Numbered from the stretch's first letter, positions 41,629-53,630 are shown. The stretch: DNA of 64,000 bases from Alphaproteobacteria bacterium (GCA_965220745.1 CBDCQT010000005.1:320001-384000), one strand, 5' to 3'. The notes: generated by a model from the sequence alone, not told the origin. Program-made: numbers and translations.

Positions 41629-42752
41629 CGCCCTTCTCCCGCACGGACACTAGCGTCGTCGGCCGCTGGTGGTGGACTGTGGATCGCTGGATGCTGACGG
41701 CGGTCCTGCTGCTCATGCTGTTGGGCGCGGCTCTGGCGCTTGCCTCGAGCCCCGCGGCGGCCGAGCGGATCGGCCTCGATCCGTTCCACTTCGCCCGGCA
41801 GCAACTGCTCTTCCTGCCGGTGGCGCTGGTCGTGATGATCGCCGTCTCGCTGCTCTCCCGCACCGGCGTTCAGCGCATCGGCACCGCCGGCACCGTGCTT
41901 GGCATCGCCCTGCTCGCGCTCACCCTCATGGTCGGCGTGGAGTTGAACGGCGCGCAGCGCTGGCTGTCGCTCGGCGGCTTCCATCTGCAGCCGTCGGAGT
42001 TCGTGAAGCCCTGCCTCGCGGTGTTCCTGGCCGCCGTCCTGACACGGCCGCGGGACGACAAGCTGCCCTACGGCATGCTTTTAGCTTCGCTGCCCGTGGT
42101 GGTGGCGGCGCTCCTCCTCGTCCTGCAGCCCGATATCGGGATGGCGGTGACGGTGGCCGCCGTCTGGTTCGTGCAGATGTTCGTGGTCGGCATGCCGCTC
42201 GCCCTTGCCGTGCTGGGCGGGGTGGCGACGGCAGGCGGTCTCGTGTTCGCCTATCACAACCTGACGCACGTCAAGGCGCGCATCGACCAGTTCATCGACC
42301 CCACGACCGGCGACACCTATCAGGTCGACACCTCGCTCCGCGCCTTCGAGGCCGGCGGGCTCTTCGGTCGGGGGCCCGGCGAGGGGGTCGTCAAGCACGT
42401 GCTGCCCGATGCCCACACCGACTTCATCTTCGCCGTTGCCGCCGAGGAATTCGGCGTCATCGCCTGCATCGTGATCATCGGGTTGTTCGGCTTCATCGTC
42501 GTCCGCGGCTTCGCCCGCGCCATGCGCGGGCGCGACCTGTTCGCGGTGGTCGCGGTCTCTGGCCTGCTCGCCCAATTCGGCTTTCAGGCCCTGATCAATA
42601 TGGGAGTCGCCATCAGGCTCCTGCCCGCCAAGGGGATGACCCTTCCGTTTCTGAGCTACGGAGGCTCGTCGGCGATGGCGACGGCCATCGGCCTCGGGAT
42701 GGTGCTCGCGCTGACACGCGAGCGGTGGAGTGATGAAGGATACGAACTTTGA
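41616..42752 (+). CDS. ftsW: SEDS peptidoglycan polymerase FtsW
   Basis: GAQRW, QPSEFVK, LQPDIG, LPDAHTDFIF, LPFLSYGGSS. Confidence 0.95.
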   Translation: MDQVTPFSRTDTSVVGRWWWTVDRWMLTAVLLLMLLGAALALASSPAAAERIGLDPFHFARQQLLFLPVALVVMIAVSLLSRTGVQRIGTAGTVLGIALLALTLMVGVELNGAQRWLSLGGFHLQPSEFVKPCLAVFLAAVLTRPRDDKLPYGMLLASLPVVVAALLLVLQPDIGMAVTVAAVWFVQMFVVGMPLALAVLGGVATAGGLVFAYHNLTHVKARIDQFIDPTTGDTYQVDTSLRAFEAGGLFGRGPGEGVVKHVLPDAHTDFIFAVAAEEFGVIACIVIIGLFGFIVVRGFARAMRGRDLFAVVAVSGLLAQFGFQALINMGVAIRLLPAKGMTLPFLSYGGSSAMATAIGLGMVLALTRERWSDEGYEL

Positions 42753-43903
42753 GAACGCCTGCGCCCAACCCTCCCATTCTCCTCGCAGCAGGCGGAACTG
42801 GCGGCCACGTGTTCCCGGCGGAAGCTCTCGCGGTGGAACTGGAAGCGCGTGGCCGTCGTCTTGTTCTCATGACGGATCGGAGGGGCGTCGCCTTCGGCGA
42901 CGTTCTCGGGCGCATCGAACGCCACGCCATCGCGGCCCGCAGCCCCAGCGTGCGCGGACCCCTGGCACGCGCCATCGCCGTGCTTGGGCTCGCGCGAGCA
43001 GTCATGCAGGCGGCGCGCGTGCTGCGGCGGATTCGGCCGGCTGCCGCCGTAGGCTTCGGCGGCTACCCGTCGGTGCCGCCGCTGGTGGCGAGCGGGCGGC
43101 TCGGCATCCCCAGCGTGCTGCACGAGCAGAACGCGGTGCTGGGCCGGGCCAACCGGATGCTGGCGCGCCGCGCGTCGGCCATCGCCACCTCGTTCCCCGA
43201 GACCGCGCGCATCCCCCGCAATCGGGCTGCCCTCGTCACACACGTGGGCAACCCGGTTCGCGCTGCCATCGCGGCGCTGCGCGGGGCGGACTACGACCCG
43301 CCCGCGCCGGGTGGGCCATTCCGGCTGCTGGTCACGGGCGGGAGTCAGGGCGCGCGCATCTTCGCGGAGGTCGTGCCGGCGGCCATCGCGGCGCTGCCGC
43401 AGGCTTTGCGCGAGCGAATTGAGATCAGCCAACAGTGCCGCCCCGAGGACCTCGCCGACGTCGAGTGCACCTATGCCGAGGCAGGAGTCGAGGCGAAGCT
43501 TGCGCCCTTCTTCGACGACATCCCGGCGCGGCTCGGCGAATCCCACCTCGTGATCTGTCGGGCGGGTGCGTCGACCATCGCAGAGCTCGCGGCGGCGGGA
43601 CGCCCGGCGATCCTGGTGCCGCTGCCCATCGCTGCCGACGACCATCAGAACGCGAATGGCCGCGCCCTGGTCGCAGCCGGCGCGGCGACCATGATCCCGC
43701 AGCAATCGTTTACGCCGGCGGGGCTGGCTCAGGAGCTCACGACGCTGATGGCGGAGCCCGCGCAGCTGGCGCAGCAGGCCGCCGCGGCGGCGAACTTCGC
43801 GCGGCCCGACGCGGCGCACGCGCTGGCAGATCTCATCGAAGGGCTGATCAACGGATCACTCCCCGGACATCCGCTGCCCGAGCACGCGGGGGGCGCGGCA
43901 TGA
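42749..43903 (+). CDS. murG: Lipid II synthase MurG
   Basis: [30 protein letters not shown]. Confidence 0.95.
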   Translation: MRTPAPNPPILLAAGGTGGHVFPAEALAVELEARGRRLVLMTDRRGVAFGDVLGRIERHAIAARSPSVRGPLARAIAVLGLARAVMQAARVLRRIRPAAAVGFGGYPSVPPLVASGRLGIPSVLHEQNAVLGRANRMLARRASAIATSFPETARIPRNRAALVTHVGNPVRAAIAALRGADYDPPAPGGPFRLLVTGGSQGARIFAEVVPAAIAALPQALRERIEISQQCRPEDLADVECTYAEAGVEAKLAPFFDDIPARLGESHLVICRAGASTIAELAAAGRPAILVPLPIAADDHQNANGRALVAAGAATMIPQQSFTPAGLAQELTTLMAEPAQLAQQAAAAANFARPDAAHALADLIEGLINGSLPGHPLPEHAGGAA

Positions 43904-45345
43904 AGGCGATGCCCTTCGCCATCGGCACGATCCATTTCGTCGGCATCGGCGGGATCGGCATGAGCGGCATCGCCGAGGTCATGCACAACCTCGGCTACCG
44001 CATCCAGGGCAGCGACATCGCCGAGAGCGCGACGGTGCGCCGCCTGCGCGGACTGGGAATCCCGATCGCCCAAGGCCACGGCGCCGAGACCATCGGCGAC
44101 GTGGCGGTGGTGGTCGTCTCCTCCGCCATTGGCGAGGACAACGTCGAGGTCGTGGCCGCGCGCGAGCGCCACATCCCCGTCGTGCGCCGCGCCGAGATGC
44201 TGGCCGAACTGATGCGGCTCAAGTGGTCGGTGGCGGTTGCCGGCACCCACGGCAAGACGACCACGACCTCGATCATCGCAGCCATGCTCGATAGCGCCGG
44301 GTTCGATCCGACCGTCATCAACGGCGGCATCATCAACGCCTACGGCACCAACGCGCGGCTTGGCGAAGGCGAGTGGATGGTGGTCGAGGCTGACGAGTCC
44401 GACGGCAGCTTCGTCAAGCTTCCGGCCATCGCCGCGGTCATCACCAACATCGACCGCGAGCACATGGAGTTCTACGGCGACTTCGATGCCGTGCGCTGGG
44501 CCTACCAATCCTTCGTCGAGAACATCCCCTTCTACGGTGTCGCCGCGCTCTGCATCGACCATCCCGAGGTGCAGGCCCTGATCGGACGCATCGAGGACCG
44601 GCGCACCGTGACCTACGGCATGAGCCCCCAGGCCGAGGTGCGGGCGGTCAACGTCGCGGGCGACCCGCTGGGCTCGAGCTTCGACGTCGTCATCTCCGGT
44701 TACGTCCACGAGCGCCACGGCACCATGGAGGGCGTGCGGCTTCCCATGCTCGGCGCGCACAATGTGCAGAACGCGCTTGCGGCGATCGCCATCGGCCGCG
44801 AGATGGGCTTCTCCGACAACGTGATCCGCCGCGCGCTCGCGGATTTCAAGGGCGTCGAGCGCCGCTTCACCAAGGTCGGCGTCGTCGGTGGGGTCACGGT
44901 GATCGATGACTACGGGCACCACCCGGTCGAGATCGCGGCCGTCCTCTGCGCCGCCCGCAGCGCTTACAGCCGACGGATCGTCGCCGTCGTACAGCCCCAT
45001 CGCTATACCCGCCTGCGCGACCTGTTCGAGGAATTCTGCTCCTGCTTCAACGATGCCGACACGGTGGTTGTCGCCGACGTTCATCCCGCCGGCGAGGAGC
45101 CTATCGAGGGGATTGACCGCGAGGCGCTGGTCGAGGGCCTCTGGCGCCACGGCCATCGTCACGTGCTGCCGCTGGAGGCGCCCGACGCCCTACCGGCACT
45201 GATCGACACTCTGGTGGAGCCCGGCGACCTCGTTGTCTGCCTGGGCGCCGGCAGCATTACCCACTGGGCACGGGCGCTCCCCGAGGCTCTGGAAGAGCTA
45301 CGGGGCGGCGCGCAGGCGGCGAGCCCGGCGGGGCAGATGTCATGA
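43900..45345 (+). CDS. murC: UDP-MurNAc:L-Ala ligase
   Basis: [38 protein letters not shown]. Confidence 0.96.
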   Translation: MKAMPFAIGTIHFVGIGGIGMSGIAEVMHNLGYRIQGSDIAESATVRRLRGLGIPIAQGHGAETIGDVAVVVVSSAIGEDNVEVVAARERHIPVVRRAEMLAELMRLKWSVAVAGTHGKTTTTSIIAAMLDSAGFDPTVINGGIINAYGTNARLGEGEWMVVEADESDGSFVKLPAIAAVITNIDREHMEFYGDFDAVRWAYQSFVENIPFYGVAALCIDHPEVQALIGRIEDRRTVTYGMSPQAEVRAVNVAGDPLGSSFDVVISGYVHERHGTMEGVRLPMLGAHNVQNALAAIAIGREMGFSDNVIRRALADFKGVERRFTKVGVVGGVTVIDDYGHHPVEIAAVLCAARSAYSRRIVAVVQPHRYTRLRDLFEEFCSCFNDADTVVVADVHPAGEEPIEGIDREALVEGLWRHGHRHVLPLEAPDALPALIDTLVEPGDLVVCLGAGSITHWARALPEALEELRGGAQAASPAGQMS

Positions 45346-46304
45346 TCGCGCATTGCAAGATGGCGGACTGGATCGAACGGCTGCCTGCGGTACGCGGTCG
45401 CTACGCCATCGACGTCGATCTCTCCCGCACCGTCTGGTTCCGCGCCGGCGGCCGCGCGGACGTCGTGTATCGGCCGGCGGATATCGACGACCTGGAGCAC
45501 TTCCTCGCAGCCCGGCCCGCCGAGGTGCCGGTGACGGTGGTCGGCCTCGGCTCCAACGTGCTGGTGCGCGACGGTGGCGTGGAAGGCGTCGTCATCCGTC
45601 TGCGCCAAGGCTTTCGCGATACGAGCGTCCGCTGGGAGGGCGAGCGCGCGCTTGTCGACGTTGGCGCCGGCGCTCTCGATATGAACGTCGCCCGCTACTG
45701 CCGCGATCAGGGGGTGGATGGACTGGCCTTTCTGAGTGGTATCCCCGGCACCGTCGGCGGCGCGCTCCGCATGAATGCCGGCGCCTACGGGTACGAGATG
45801 GCGGATGTCCTTGTCGAGGCGCGGGCGCTGGACGGTGACGGCGCCCTGCACGTGCTCGGGCCGGATGCGATGGGCTTTTCCTACCGCCACTCGGCGGTGC
45901 CGGAGGATTGGATCTTCGTCTCGGCGGTGCTGGTCGGGCGGCGCGGTGAGCCCGCCGCCATCGCCCGCCACATGGAAGAGATCAATGCTCAGCGCGAGGC
46001 GAGTCAGCCGATCCGCGCGCGCACCGGCGGCAGCACCTTCACCAACCCCGCGGGGCATTCGGCCTGGGAGCTGATCGACGAGGCCGGCTGCCGCGGGCTC
46101 GCGCGCGGCGGCGCACAGATCTCGGAGCAGCACTGCAACTTCATCGTCAACGCCGGCGGGGCGACGGCCTCGGACATCGAGGGGCTGGGCGAGGAGGTCC
46201 GCCGCCGGGTCGAGGAGAAGACCGGCCTCTCGCTGCAGTGGGAAATCCGCAGGATCGGACGCCACGGCCGCTGGCCGCAGGACGGCGGGGAGAAGGCGGA
46301 ATGA
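45342..46304 (+). CDS. murB: UDP-N-acetylenolpyruvoylglucosamine reductase
   Basis: [33 protein letters not shown]; start may be 45360. Confidence 0.94.
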   Translation: MIAHCKMADWIERLPAVRGRYAIDVDLSRTVWFRAGGRADVVYRPADIDDLEHFLAARPAEVPVTVVGLGSNVLVRDGGVEGVVIRLRQGFRDTSVRWEGERALVDVGAGALDMNVARYCRDQGVDGLAFLSGIPGTVGGALRMNAGAYGYEMADVLVEARALDGDGALHVLGPDAMGFSYRHSAVPEDWIFVSAVLVGRRGEPAAIARHMEEINAQREASQPIRARTGGSTFTNPAGHSAWELIDEAGCRGLARGGAQISEQHCNFIVNAGGATASDIEGLGEEVRRRVEEKTGLSLQWEIRRIGRHGRWPQDGGEKAE

Positions 46305-47221
46305 GCGCCGCAGGCAAGCACGTCGCCGTGCTGATGGGCGGGTGGTCCGCCGAGCGCGAGGTGTCGCTGGTCTCCGGCGCCGCCGTGGAGCGTGCGCTTT
46401 CAGAGAGCGGCTATCGCGTCACCGGTATCGACGTGATGCGCGACCTGCCGACGACGCTGGCGGAGGTTCGGCCGGACGTCGTGTTCAACGCGCTGCATGG
46501 CTCCATCGGCGAAGACGGCTGCGTCCAGGGTCTTCTCGAGGTCATGGGCCTGCCCTACACCCATTCGGGCGTGCTGGCCTCGGCCTTGGCGATGGACAAG
46601 CCGGCGGCGAAGCGGCTTTTCGCCGATGCCGGGCTCACCTGCCCCGAGGGCCAGGTGATGTGCCGCGCCGATATCGCCGCCGGTGCCGCAGGCGAGCACC
46701 CCTACGTGATCAAGCCACTCGACCAGGGCTCCAGCGTGGGCGTTCACCTGGTCTTCAGCGGCGACAATGTGGCGCTCCCCAACGGCGACTGGCCCTACGG
46801 CGAGCAGGTGCTGGTCGAGCGCTACATCCCCGGTCGCGAGATCCAGGTCGCAGTGATGGGAGAGCGCGCTTTGGGCGCCATCGAGATCAGGCCGAAGGGG
46901 CGCTTCTACGACTACGAAGCGAAATATACCGAAGGCTATGCCGACCACCACATGCCGGCGCCCATTCACCCGGATGCCTACTCCGAGGTGCTGAAGATCG
47001 CGCTCACCGCCCACCGGGCGCTCGGCTGCCGCGGCGTGACCCGCGCCGACCTGCGCTACGACGACACAGCTGGCGAGCCGGGACAGTTCTATCTGCTGGA
47101 AATCAACACCCAGCCGGGCATGACGCCGCTCTCGCTCGTGCCCGAAATCGCCGCCGACGTCGGCATCAGCTTCGAGGAGCTCGTCGTCTGGCTCGTGGAG
47201 AACGCCGCATGCGACAGCTGA
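46301..47221 (+). CDS. ddl: D-alanine--D-alanine ligase
   Basis: GGWSAEREVS, LHG..GEDG, GSSVG, YDYEAKY, EINTQPGMT. Confidence 0.95.
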   Translation: MSAAGKHVAVLMGGWSAEREVSLVSGAAVERALSESGYRVTGIDVMRDLPTTLAEVRPDVVFNALHGSIGEDGCVQGLLEVMGLPYTHSGVLASALAMDKPAAKRLFADAGLTCPEGQVMCRADIAAGAAGEHPYVIKPLDQGSSVGVHLVFSGDNVALPNGDWPYGEQVLVERYIPGREIQVAVMGERALGAIEIRPKGRFYDYEAKYTEGYADHHMPAPIHPDAYSEVLKIALTAHRALGCRGVTRADLRYDDTAGEPGQFYLLEINTQPGMTPLSLVPEIAADVGISFEELVVWLVENAACDS

Positions 47222-48054
47222 GCCTCTTCGGCACGCAAAAGCGCGATGCGCAGCCCGCGCCGCGCCCGGTCGCGTCCCGCCTCGTCTCGCGGCGCGCGCT
47301 CAGGTGGGGGACGTGCGCTCTCGTGGGCGGCGTGGCGGTCGCTGCCGCCATCTGGGTCGTGCAGCCAGGCACGCTCGCAGCCGTGGGCGAGGACATCCGG
47401 GTCGGCTTCGTGTCGGCCACGGCAGGCGCGGGCATGACGGTGCAGCGGATCGATACGTCGGGGAGCGAGCGCACCTCGGCCCAGGCGGTCCGCACGGCCA
47501 CCAGTGTCGAGATCGGCACGCCCATCTTCGCGGTCGATCTCGCTGCCGCGCGGGGCCGGGTCGAGGCTATCGACTGGGTCGAGAGCGCGACGGTCGAGCG
47601 GCGTCTGCCGTCCACGCTCCACGTGCACATCGTCGAGCGCAAACCAGTGGCGCTCTGGCAGCGCAACCAGCGGCTGGTCATGGTCGACCGCGCCGGAACG
47701 GAGATCGGTGCGGAGCCAATCGGCCGCTTCGCCCATCTGCCGATCGTCGTGGGCGACGGTGCGCTCCCGCACATGCCCGCGCTGCTCGACGCAATGGCAA
47801 CCGATCCGGCTCTGTCGAGGCGGGTTCAGGCGGCCACCTGGATCGGCGGGCGGCGCTGGACGATCCACTTCCACAACGGCCTCGAAGCCAAGCTGCCGGA
47901 GCGCGAAATCGGCGCGGCCTGGGCTCGGCTCGTCAGGGAGATCGGCGAACACCGCCTCCTCGACGAGCCGATTGCCGTGGTCGACCTGCGCCTCCCCGAC
48001 CGGACCATCGTCCGCATCCGACCGCCCGAACCACCGGCCGATAACCGGACATGA
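47209..48054 (+). CDS. ftsQ: Cell division protein FtsQ
   Basis: TM plus POTRA (WVESATVERRLP), ERKPVALWQ, VDLRLPDR; position in dcw. Confidence 0.9.
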   Translation: MRQLSLFGTQKRDAQPAPRPVASRLVSRRALRWGTCALVGGVAVAAAIWVVQPGTLAAVGEDIRVGFVSATAGAGMTVQRIDTSGSERTSAQAVRTATSVEIGTPIFAVDLAAARGRVEAIDWVESATVERRLPSTLHVHIVERKPVALWQRNQRLVMVDRAGTEIGAEPIGRFAHLPIVVGDGALPHMPALLDAMATDPALSRRVQAATWIGGRRWTIHFHNGLEAKLPEREIGAAWARLVREIGEHRLLDEPIAVVDLRLPDRTIVRIRPPEPPADNRT

Positions 48055-48076
48055 CGAGATTGGGAGCGAACGCAAC

Positions 48077-49339
48077 GTGATCGCCGCCCTCGACATCGGC
48101 ACGACCAAGGTGGCCTGCCTCCTCGCCCACCGCGACGCCGAAGGCACGCTCGCCGTCGTCGGCAGCGGCCAGGAACTCGCCGCCGGCCTGCACGCCGGCC
48201 GGGTCGTCGACATGGAAGCGGCGGAGGGTGCAATCCGCACCGCCGTCCATCGGGCCGAGCGGATGGCCGGCGAGAACGTCCGCAGCGTCTTCGTCGGCAC
48301 GTCGGGCGGCGCGCCCAGCTCCAGCTTTGCCAACGTCGAGGTCGAGATCGGCGGGCGTGAGGTCGCGGAGCACGACATCCAGCGCGCGTACGACCAGCTT
48401 CACGTGTCGGACGAGGGGGGCGAGCGCGACATCGTGCACGCCGTGCCCATCGACTACGCCCTCGACGGAGCGCCCGGAATCAGGGACCCGCGCGGCATGT
48501 ACGCGGACAGCCTCCAGGTGCGCCTGCACATGGTGAGCGTCGCCCACGGCAGCCTGCGCAACCTGCTCTCCTGCGTCTCCCGCTGCGATCTGCAGGTCGC
48601 TGCGCCGGTGGCCGCCGGCTACGCCTCGGGCCTCGCGTGTCTGGTCTCCGACGAGTTCGATCTGGGTGCCACCTGCATCGACATCGGTGGCGGCACGACC
48701 AAGCTCGCGATCTTCGGCGGCGGCAATCTGATGTGGACCGAGACGCTTCCCATCGGCGGGGATCACGTCACGAACGACATCGCGCAGGGGCTCTCGACGC
48801 CCATCGCAAGCGCGGAGCGCATGAAGCGGCTGCACGGGAGCCCGGCGGACGATTCGGCGGACGGTAACGACAGCATCGAGGTGCCGGAGATCGGTCCCGA
48901 AAACGGCCAGTCCGGCTCCGTCCACCATGTGCCGCGCTCGATGCTCACGCGAATCGTGCGCGCCCGCATGGAAGAGATCCTCGAATTCGCTCGCGCCCGC
49001 ATCGAAGCGAGCGGGCTCGACAAGTGGTCGGGGAACCGCGTCGTCATCAGCGGCGGCGCGAGCCAGAGCTTCGCCATGGCCGAGCTCGCGAGCCGCATCC
49101 TCGACAAGCAGGTGCGGCTCGCTCGCCCGCTCTCACTCCCCGGTCTGGCGCAAGCCGTCTCGGGGCCTGAGTTCGCAACCAGTGCCGGCCTGCTCGTCTA
49201 CGCAATGCGCAAGCACGCGGAGCCGTGGGCCAGGTCCGCCCGTGACGAGTCGGTCGGGCGCTTCACGAACACCCTGTCGCACCTCGGCCGCTGGCTGAGG
49301 GGCAACTTCTCAGAACACACGGATCAAAGAACACCGTAA
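48077..49339 (+). CDS. ftsA: Cell division protein FtsA
   Basis: [28 protein letters not shown]-terminal WLRGNF; in-frame start GTG 48077. Confidence 0.93.
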   Translation: MIAALDIGTTKVACLLAHRDAEGTLAVVGSGQELAAGLHAGRVVDMEAAEGAIRTAVHRAERMAGENVRSVFVGTSGGAPSSSFANVEVEIGGREVAEHDIQRAYDQLHVSDEGGERDIVHAVPIDYALDGAPGIRDPRGMYADSLQVRLHMVSVAHGSLRNLLSCVSRCDLQVAAPVAAGYASGLACLVSDEFDLGATCIDIGGGTTKLAIFGGGNLMWTETLPIGGDHVTNDIAQGLSTPIASAERMKRLHGSPADDSADGNDSIEVPEIGPENGQSGSVHHVPRSMLTRIVRARMEEILEFARARIEASGLDKWSGNRVVISGGASQSFAMAELASRILDKQVRLARPLSLPGLAQAVSGPEFATSAGLLVYAMRKHAEPWARSARDESVGRFTNTLSHLGRWLRGNFSEHTDQRTP

Positions 49340-49350
49340 AGGAGGGCACC

Positions 49351-51318
49351 ATGACCATCGATTTCATGCCGGAGCGGCAACCGGAAAACCGACCCCGCAT
49401 CACGGTCTTCGGAGTCGGCGGCGCTGGCGGCAATGCCGTCAACAACATGATCGCCGGCGAGCTGGAGGGCGTCGACTTCGTCGCCGCCAACACCGACGCG
49501 CAGTCGCTCTTCCAGTCGCTGTGCGAGAATCGGGTCCGCCTCGGTGTCAACATCACCCAGGGGCTGGGCGCCGGCGCACGCGCCGATATCGGCAAGGTGG
49601 CTGCCGAGGAAGCCCTCGACGATATCCAAAGCTACCTGCAAGGGAACAACATGGTGTTCATCGCCGCCGGCATGGGCGGCGGCACCGGCACGGGCGCCGC
49701 GCCCGTCATCGCTCGCGCGGCGCGGGAGCACGGCATCCTCACCGTGGGCGTCGTCACCAAGCCCTTCCACTTCGAAGGCTCGCAGCGCATGCGGATCGCG
49801 GAGCGCGGCATCCAGGAGCTCCACCAGTACGTGGACACGCTGATCGTCATCCCGAACCAGAACCTGTTCTGCGTGGCGAGCGAGGACACCACCTTCGCGG
49901 ACGCCTTCGGCATGGCCGACGACGTGCTGCACGCTGGCGTGCGTGGGGTCACCGATCTGATGGTCAATCCCGGCCTCATCAATCTCGATTTCGCCGACAT
50001 CCGCACGGTGATGGGCACCATGGGCAAGGCGATGATGGGCACCGGGGAGGCCGAGGGCGAGAACCGCGCCACCGAGGCGGCCGAGGCGGCAATCAACAAC
50101 CCGCTGCTCGACAATGCCTCGATCGAAGGGGCGCGTGGCGTGCTCATCAACGTCACCGGCGGCACCGATGTCACGCTCCACGAAGTGGACACGGCGGCAT
50201 CGCGCATCTGCAAGCAGGTCGACGAGGAAGCCACCATCATCTTCGGCACCAGCCTCGATCAGAAGATGGACGGCTATATGCGTGTTGCCGTGATCGCCAC
50301 GGGAATCGATTCCGACGAGGTTCGCGCGCCGATCCCCGACTCCACCGACAACATCCACGTCCTCGGTTTTACCGACCGCAAGGGCGCGAGCGGCGGTGGC
50401 TCCACGATGTCGGCGGCTGAGCCCGAAAAGGAAGCGGCTGAACCGGCAGCCGCACCGGCCTCCGCAGCGACCGGAACGGACGAGTCCGACCTCGTCATCC
50501 CGGTGGCCGAGGCGGTCGCGGAGTCGGCGGCGGCCGTGGGCGGCGGAGCGCAATCCGCACCGGCAGTGTCCTCCACGCCGCAGCCGTCGGCCTCTCCCAG
50601 CGCTCAGACCCCGGCGCCCGCTGAGGCGCGGGCGAGGCAAGAGCACAGGGCGGTGGCGGCGAGCGCTTCCGGTGCCGTCGCGGCCCGAGCGACCGTCGCG
50701 ACTGCGGAAGCGAAAGCCGAGCGACCGGCGGCGCGGTTCACGCCGCCGGAAGCCAGGACGCCCGAGAAGAAACCCAGCCTGCCGCTCGACCGCCCGGCGA
50801 CCGATCGCCAGCGGACCGAGCGTCCAGCAATCGAGCGTCCGGCGCCCTCACCCCGCCGTGTGGAAGGAAGCGATGCCACGCCGTCCGGCAGGCCCTCGCT
50901 CTTCGAGCGGATGACCGGCACCGGGCGGGCACGCCGGAATGGCGTCGAGGGTGAAACGCCTTCGACCGGCACGGCGCCGCGCACGCCCACGTCGGCAGAG
51001 GCGAAGCCGGGTGGCCCGCAGAAGAGTGCTCCGGAGACCCGGCTCCGTTCGGAGCCGTCGTCGCGCACCGAAAAAGCGCCGGCGCCCGGCGGCGGGACAC
51101 CAAAGCCGACTGCCTCGGCGCCAACGCCCGCCCCGGCGCCGGGCGGTGAGACGAGCGGGGCACCGGCGCCGTCACCGACGCTGGGAAGCAATGCGCCCAA
51201 GGCCGCAGCGCCCACGCCCGGGCCGCTCCTCGACGGGTTCTCGCCCTCCAGCAGAGCGCCCGGCGGCACGGAGGACCCGCTCGACATTCCGGCGTTTCTC
51301 CGCCGTCAGGCCAATTGA
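49351..51318 (+). CDS. ftsZ: Cell division protein FtsZ with a long C-terminal linker
   Basis: [24 protein letters not shown], terminal [12 protein letters not shown]. Confidence 0.97.
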   Translation: MTIDFMPERQPENRPRITVFGVGGAGGNAVNNMIAGELEGVDFVAANTDAQSLFQSLCENRVRLGVNITQGLGAGARADIGKVAAEEALDDIQSYLQGNNMVFIAAGMGGGTGTGAAPVIARAAREHGILTVGVVTKPFHFEGSQRMRIAERGIQELHQYVDTLIVIPNQNLFCVASEDTTFADAFGMADDVLHAGVRGVTDLMVNPGLINLDFADIRTVMGTMGKAMMGTGEAEGENRATEAAEAAINNPLLDNASIEGARGVLINVTGGTDVTLHEVDTAASRICKQVDEEATIIFGTSLDQKMDGYMRVAVIATGIDSDEVRAPIPDSTDNIHVLGFTDRKGASGGGSTMSAAEPEKEAAEPAAAPASAATGTDESDLVIPVAEAVAESAAAVGGGAQSAPAVSSTPQPSASPSAQTPAPAEARARQEHRAVAASASGAVAARATVATAEAKAERPAARFTPPEARTPEKKPSLPLDRPATDRQRTERPAIERPAPSPRRVEGSDATPSGRPSLFERMTGTGRARRNGVEGETPSTGTAPRTPTSAEAKPGGPQKSAPETRLRSEPSSRTEKAPAPGGGTPKPTASAPTPAPAPGGETSGAPAPSPTLGSNAPKAAAPTPGPLLDGFSPSSRAPGGTEDPLDIPAFLRRQAN

Positions 51319-51560
51319 GCGGGGCGTTAGGCCAGATGAACAGAAGAAAAGAACTGTAACATCTCGTAACAAACAGTGATTTGCTCGCTTGTGGCGCGTT
51401 TGTCAGGATCGATCCCGACCGAGATCGCCGATACCTCTCGCGGCTAGGTCGGGCCCGGCTGGCAGACGCGCCACAAGCCTTGGCAAGACTGGCAAGACGA
51501 AGGGGCGGCGATCTGGCGTGAATGGCCAAGGGAGCGCCCCGCGCCCATAACAATATACTG

Positions 51561-52475
51561 ATGATCCCGCAGCAAACCCTCAAATCGGCTATTCACTGCG
51601 CCGGCATCGGCGTCCACGGCAACCGCAAGGTGCGCATGGAGCTGCGCCCGGCGCCGCCCGGCACTGGCATCGTCTTCTGCCGCACCGACCGGCCGGCGGG
51701 CTCCGATCGGACGATCGAGGCGGTCTACGGCAACGTCGTCGACGCGGCGCTCTGCACGGCGATCGGCAACGGCACGGTCTCGGTCCGGACCATCGAGCAC
51801 CTCATGGCCGCCTTCGCCGGCTGCGGCATCGACAATGCGGTGGTCGAGCTCGACGGCGAGGAGGTTCCCGCGATGGACGGGAGCGCCGCGCCGTTCGTCT
51901 TTCTTATCGAGTGCGCCGGTATCGTCGAGCAATGCGCGCCCAGGCGCATGATCGAGGTGCTCAAGCCGGTCAGTCTCGGCGACGACAGCCGGTATATCAG
52001 CGTGACTCCATCGGATACGTTCTCCATTCGCTGCGATATCGACTTCGACCATCCAGCGCTGGGCTATCAGTCGGTGGTCTTCGATCCGCTGCACACCAGC
52101 TTCCGCACCGAGCTCGCACGGGCCCGGACGTTCTGCCGGGAGTCGGACGTGGCAGGCATCCTCGCCGCCGGCATGGGCCAGGGCGGGTCCTTGGAGAACA
52201 CCGTTGTCATGGGCGACGACGGCCCCCTCAACGAGGACGGGCTGCGCTATGACGACGAGTGCGCGCGCCACAAGGCGCTCGACCTTATCGGCGACCTTTA
52301 CCTCGCTGGCGCGCCGATCATCGGCCATGTCCACTGTCTGCGCTCCGGCCACGGCATGAACCACGCGCTCCTCTCCGCCCTGCTCGACGATCCCGGCGCG
52401 TGGCGCCTCGTCGGTACGGAGCAGGATGCAGCCTTCGGAGAACCGGACCGCGAACCGGTTGCCGCCATCGCGTGA
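51561..52475 (+). CDS. lpxC: UDP-3-O-acyl-GlcNAc deacetylase
   Basis: QQTLK..GIGVH, TIEHLMAA, MDGSA, ARARTF, HKALDLIGD. Confidence 0.95.
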   Translation: MIPQQTLKSAIHCAGIGVHGNRKVRMELRPAPPGTGIVFCRTDRPAGSDRTIEAVYGNVVDAALCTAIGNGTVSVRTIEHLMAAFAGCGIDNAVVELDGEEVPAMDGSAAPFVFLIECAGIVEQCAPRRMIEVLKPVSLGDDSRYISVTPSDTFSIRCDIDFDHPALGYQSVVFDPLHTSFRTELARARTFCRESDVAGILAAGMGQGGSLENTVVMGDDGPLNEDGLRYDDECARHKALDLIGDLYLAGAPIIGHVHCLRSGHGMNHALLSALLDDPGAWRLVGTEQDAAFGEPDREPVAAIA

Positions 52476-52622
52476 CGCCGGGCCGCTCGAATGGCGGCGC
52501 TAAACGGCTAATTCCACTCCCGACATTCAACAGTAGTATGAGGCGCCCGCGCGTCTGACTTGCGCCCGCGCGCAGGGTCGTCTGGCGCTGACCAGTGACA
52601 ACCAACGTGTGGAGGAGCGACG

Positions 52623-53630
52623 GTGAAAGCCTGGGAACTCGGCGCACAACAGGGCAGCGTGGACAGCCTGCGGATGGTCGAACGCCCCGATCCCATCCCG
52701 GCGCCGGGCGAGGCCCTGGTCCGCATCCGGGCGAGCGCGCTCAACTACCGCGATCACATGATCCTCAACCTGATCGACAGCGCGCCCAAGCCCGCGCACC
52801 GGATCCCGCTGAGCGACGGCGCCGGCGACGTCGTGGCGGTGGGCGCCGGTGTGGATCGGGTCAAGCCCGGTGACCGGGTGATGGTGAGCCTCTTCACGAG
52901 CTGGCTCGACGGCCCGCTGCAGCCTTCTCATTTCGGCAGCGACCTCGGCGGCGGGTGCGACGGGACACTGGCGGAGCTCGCCGCCTTTCCGGCTTCGTCG
53001 CTCGTGGCAGTCCCGGATTCGCTCAGCGACGAAGAGGCAGCCTGCCTCCCCTGCGCTGCGCTTACCGCCTGGGTCTCGCTGGTCGAGTTCGGGCAGATGA
53101 AGGCGGGCGACACGGTGCTGCTGCTCGGCACCGGCGGCGTCTCCATCTTCGGCCTTCAAATCGCGCGGATGATGGGGGCGGACGCGGTCATCACCTCGTC
53201 GAGTGACCACAAGCTCGCACGCGCCCGCGCACTGGGCGCCACTCACGGCATCAACTACAGGGACGATCCCTACTGGGGCCAGACCGTCGCCGAACTCACC
53301 GGGGGCGCCGATCTCATCATCGAGACCGGTGGCGCCGCCACGCTCGCCCAGAGCATCGAGGCGGCCGCCTTCCAGGCGCGCATCGCGCTGATCGGCATGC
53401 TAGGCGGGGTCGGTATCGAGAACGACCCGCTCGCGCTGATCTGGAAGAACGTCCACCTCAAGGGCATTCTGGTGGGCAACCGGCGCGAATTGGATGAGAT
53501 GACCAGGGCGATTGATCGCAACGGGCTTAAGCCCGTGATCGACCGGCGCTTCCCGTTCGCCGAGGCTCCCGCCGCCTACCGCTACCTCGCCTCAGGCGCG
53601 CATTTCGGCAAGATAGTGATTACCCACTAA
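52623..53630 (+). CDS. MDR-family NAD(P)-dependent alcohol dehydrogenase / quinone oxidoreductase
   Basis: LNYRD, PLSDGAG, LPCAALTAW, GTGGVS, HFGKIVI. Confidence 0.9.
   Translation: MKAWELGAQQGSVDSLRMVERPDPIPAPGEALVRIRASALNYRDHMILNLIDSAPKPAHRIPLSDGAGDVVAVGAGVDRVKPGDRVMVSLFTSWLDGPLQPSHFGSDLGGGCDGTLAELAAFPASSLVAVPDSLSDEEAACLPCAALTAWVSLVEFGQMKAGDTVLLLGTGGVSIFGLQIARMMGADAVITSSSDHKLARARALGATHGINYRDDPYWGQTVAELTGGADLIIETGGAATLAQSIEAAAFQARIALIGMLGGVGIENDPLALIWKNVHLKGILVGNRRELDEMTRAIDRNGLKPVIDRRFPFAEAPAAYRYLASGAHFGKIVITH

Noticed and set aside
43435-48054. Apparent long N-terminal extensions of MurC, FtsQ and FtsA in the ORF track
   Set aside because: Open alternative frames overlapping upstream genes; real starts are at 43900, 47209 and about 48077
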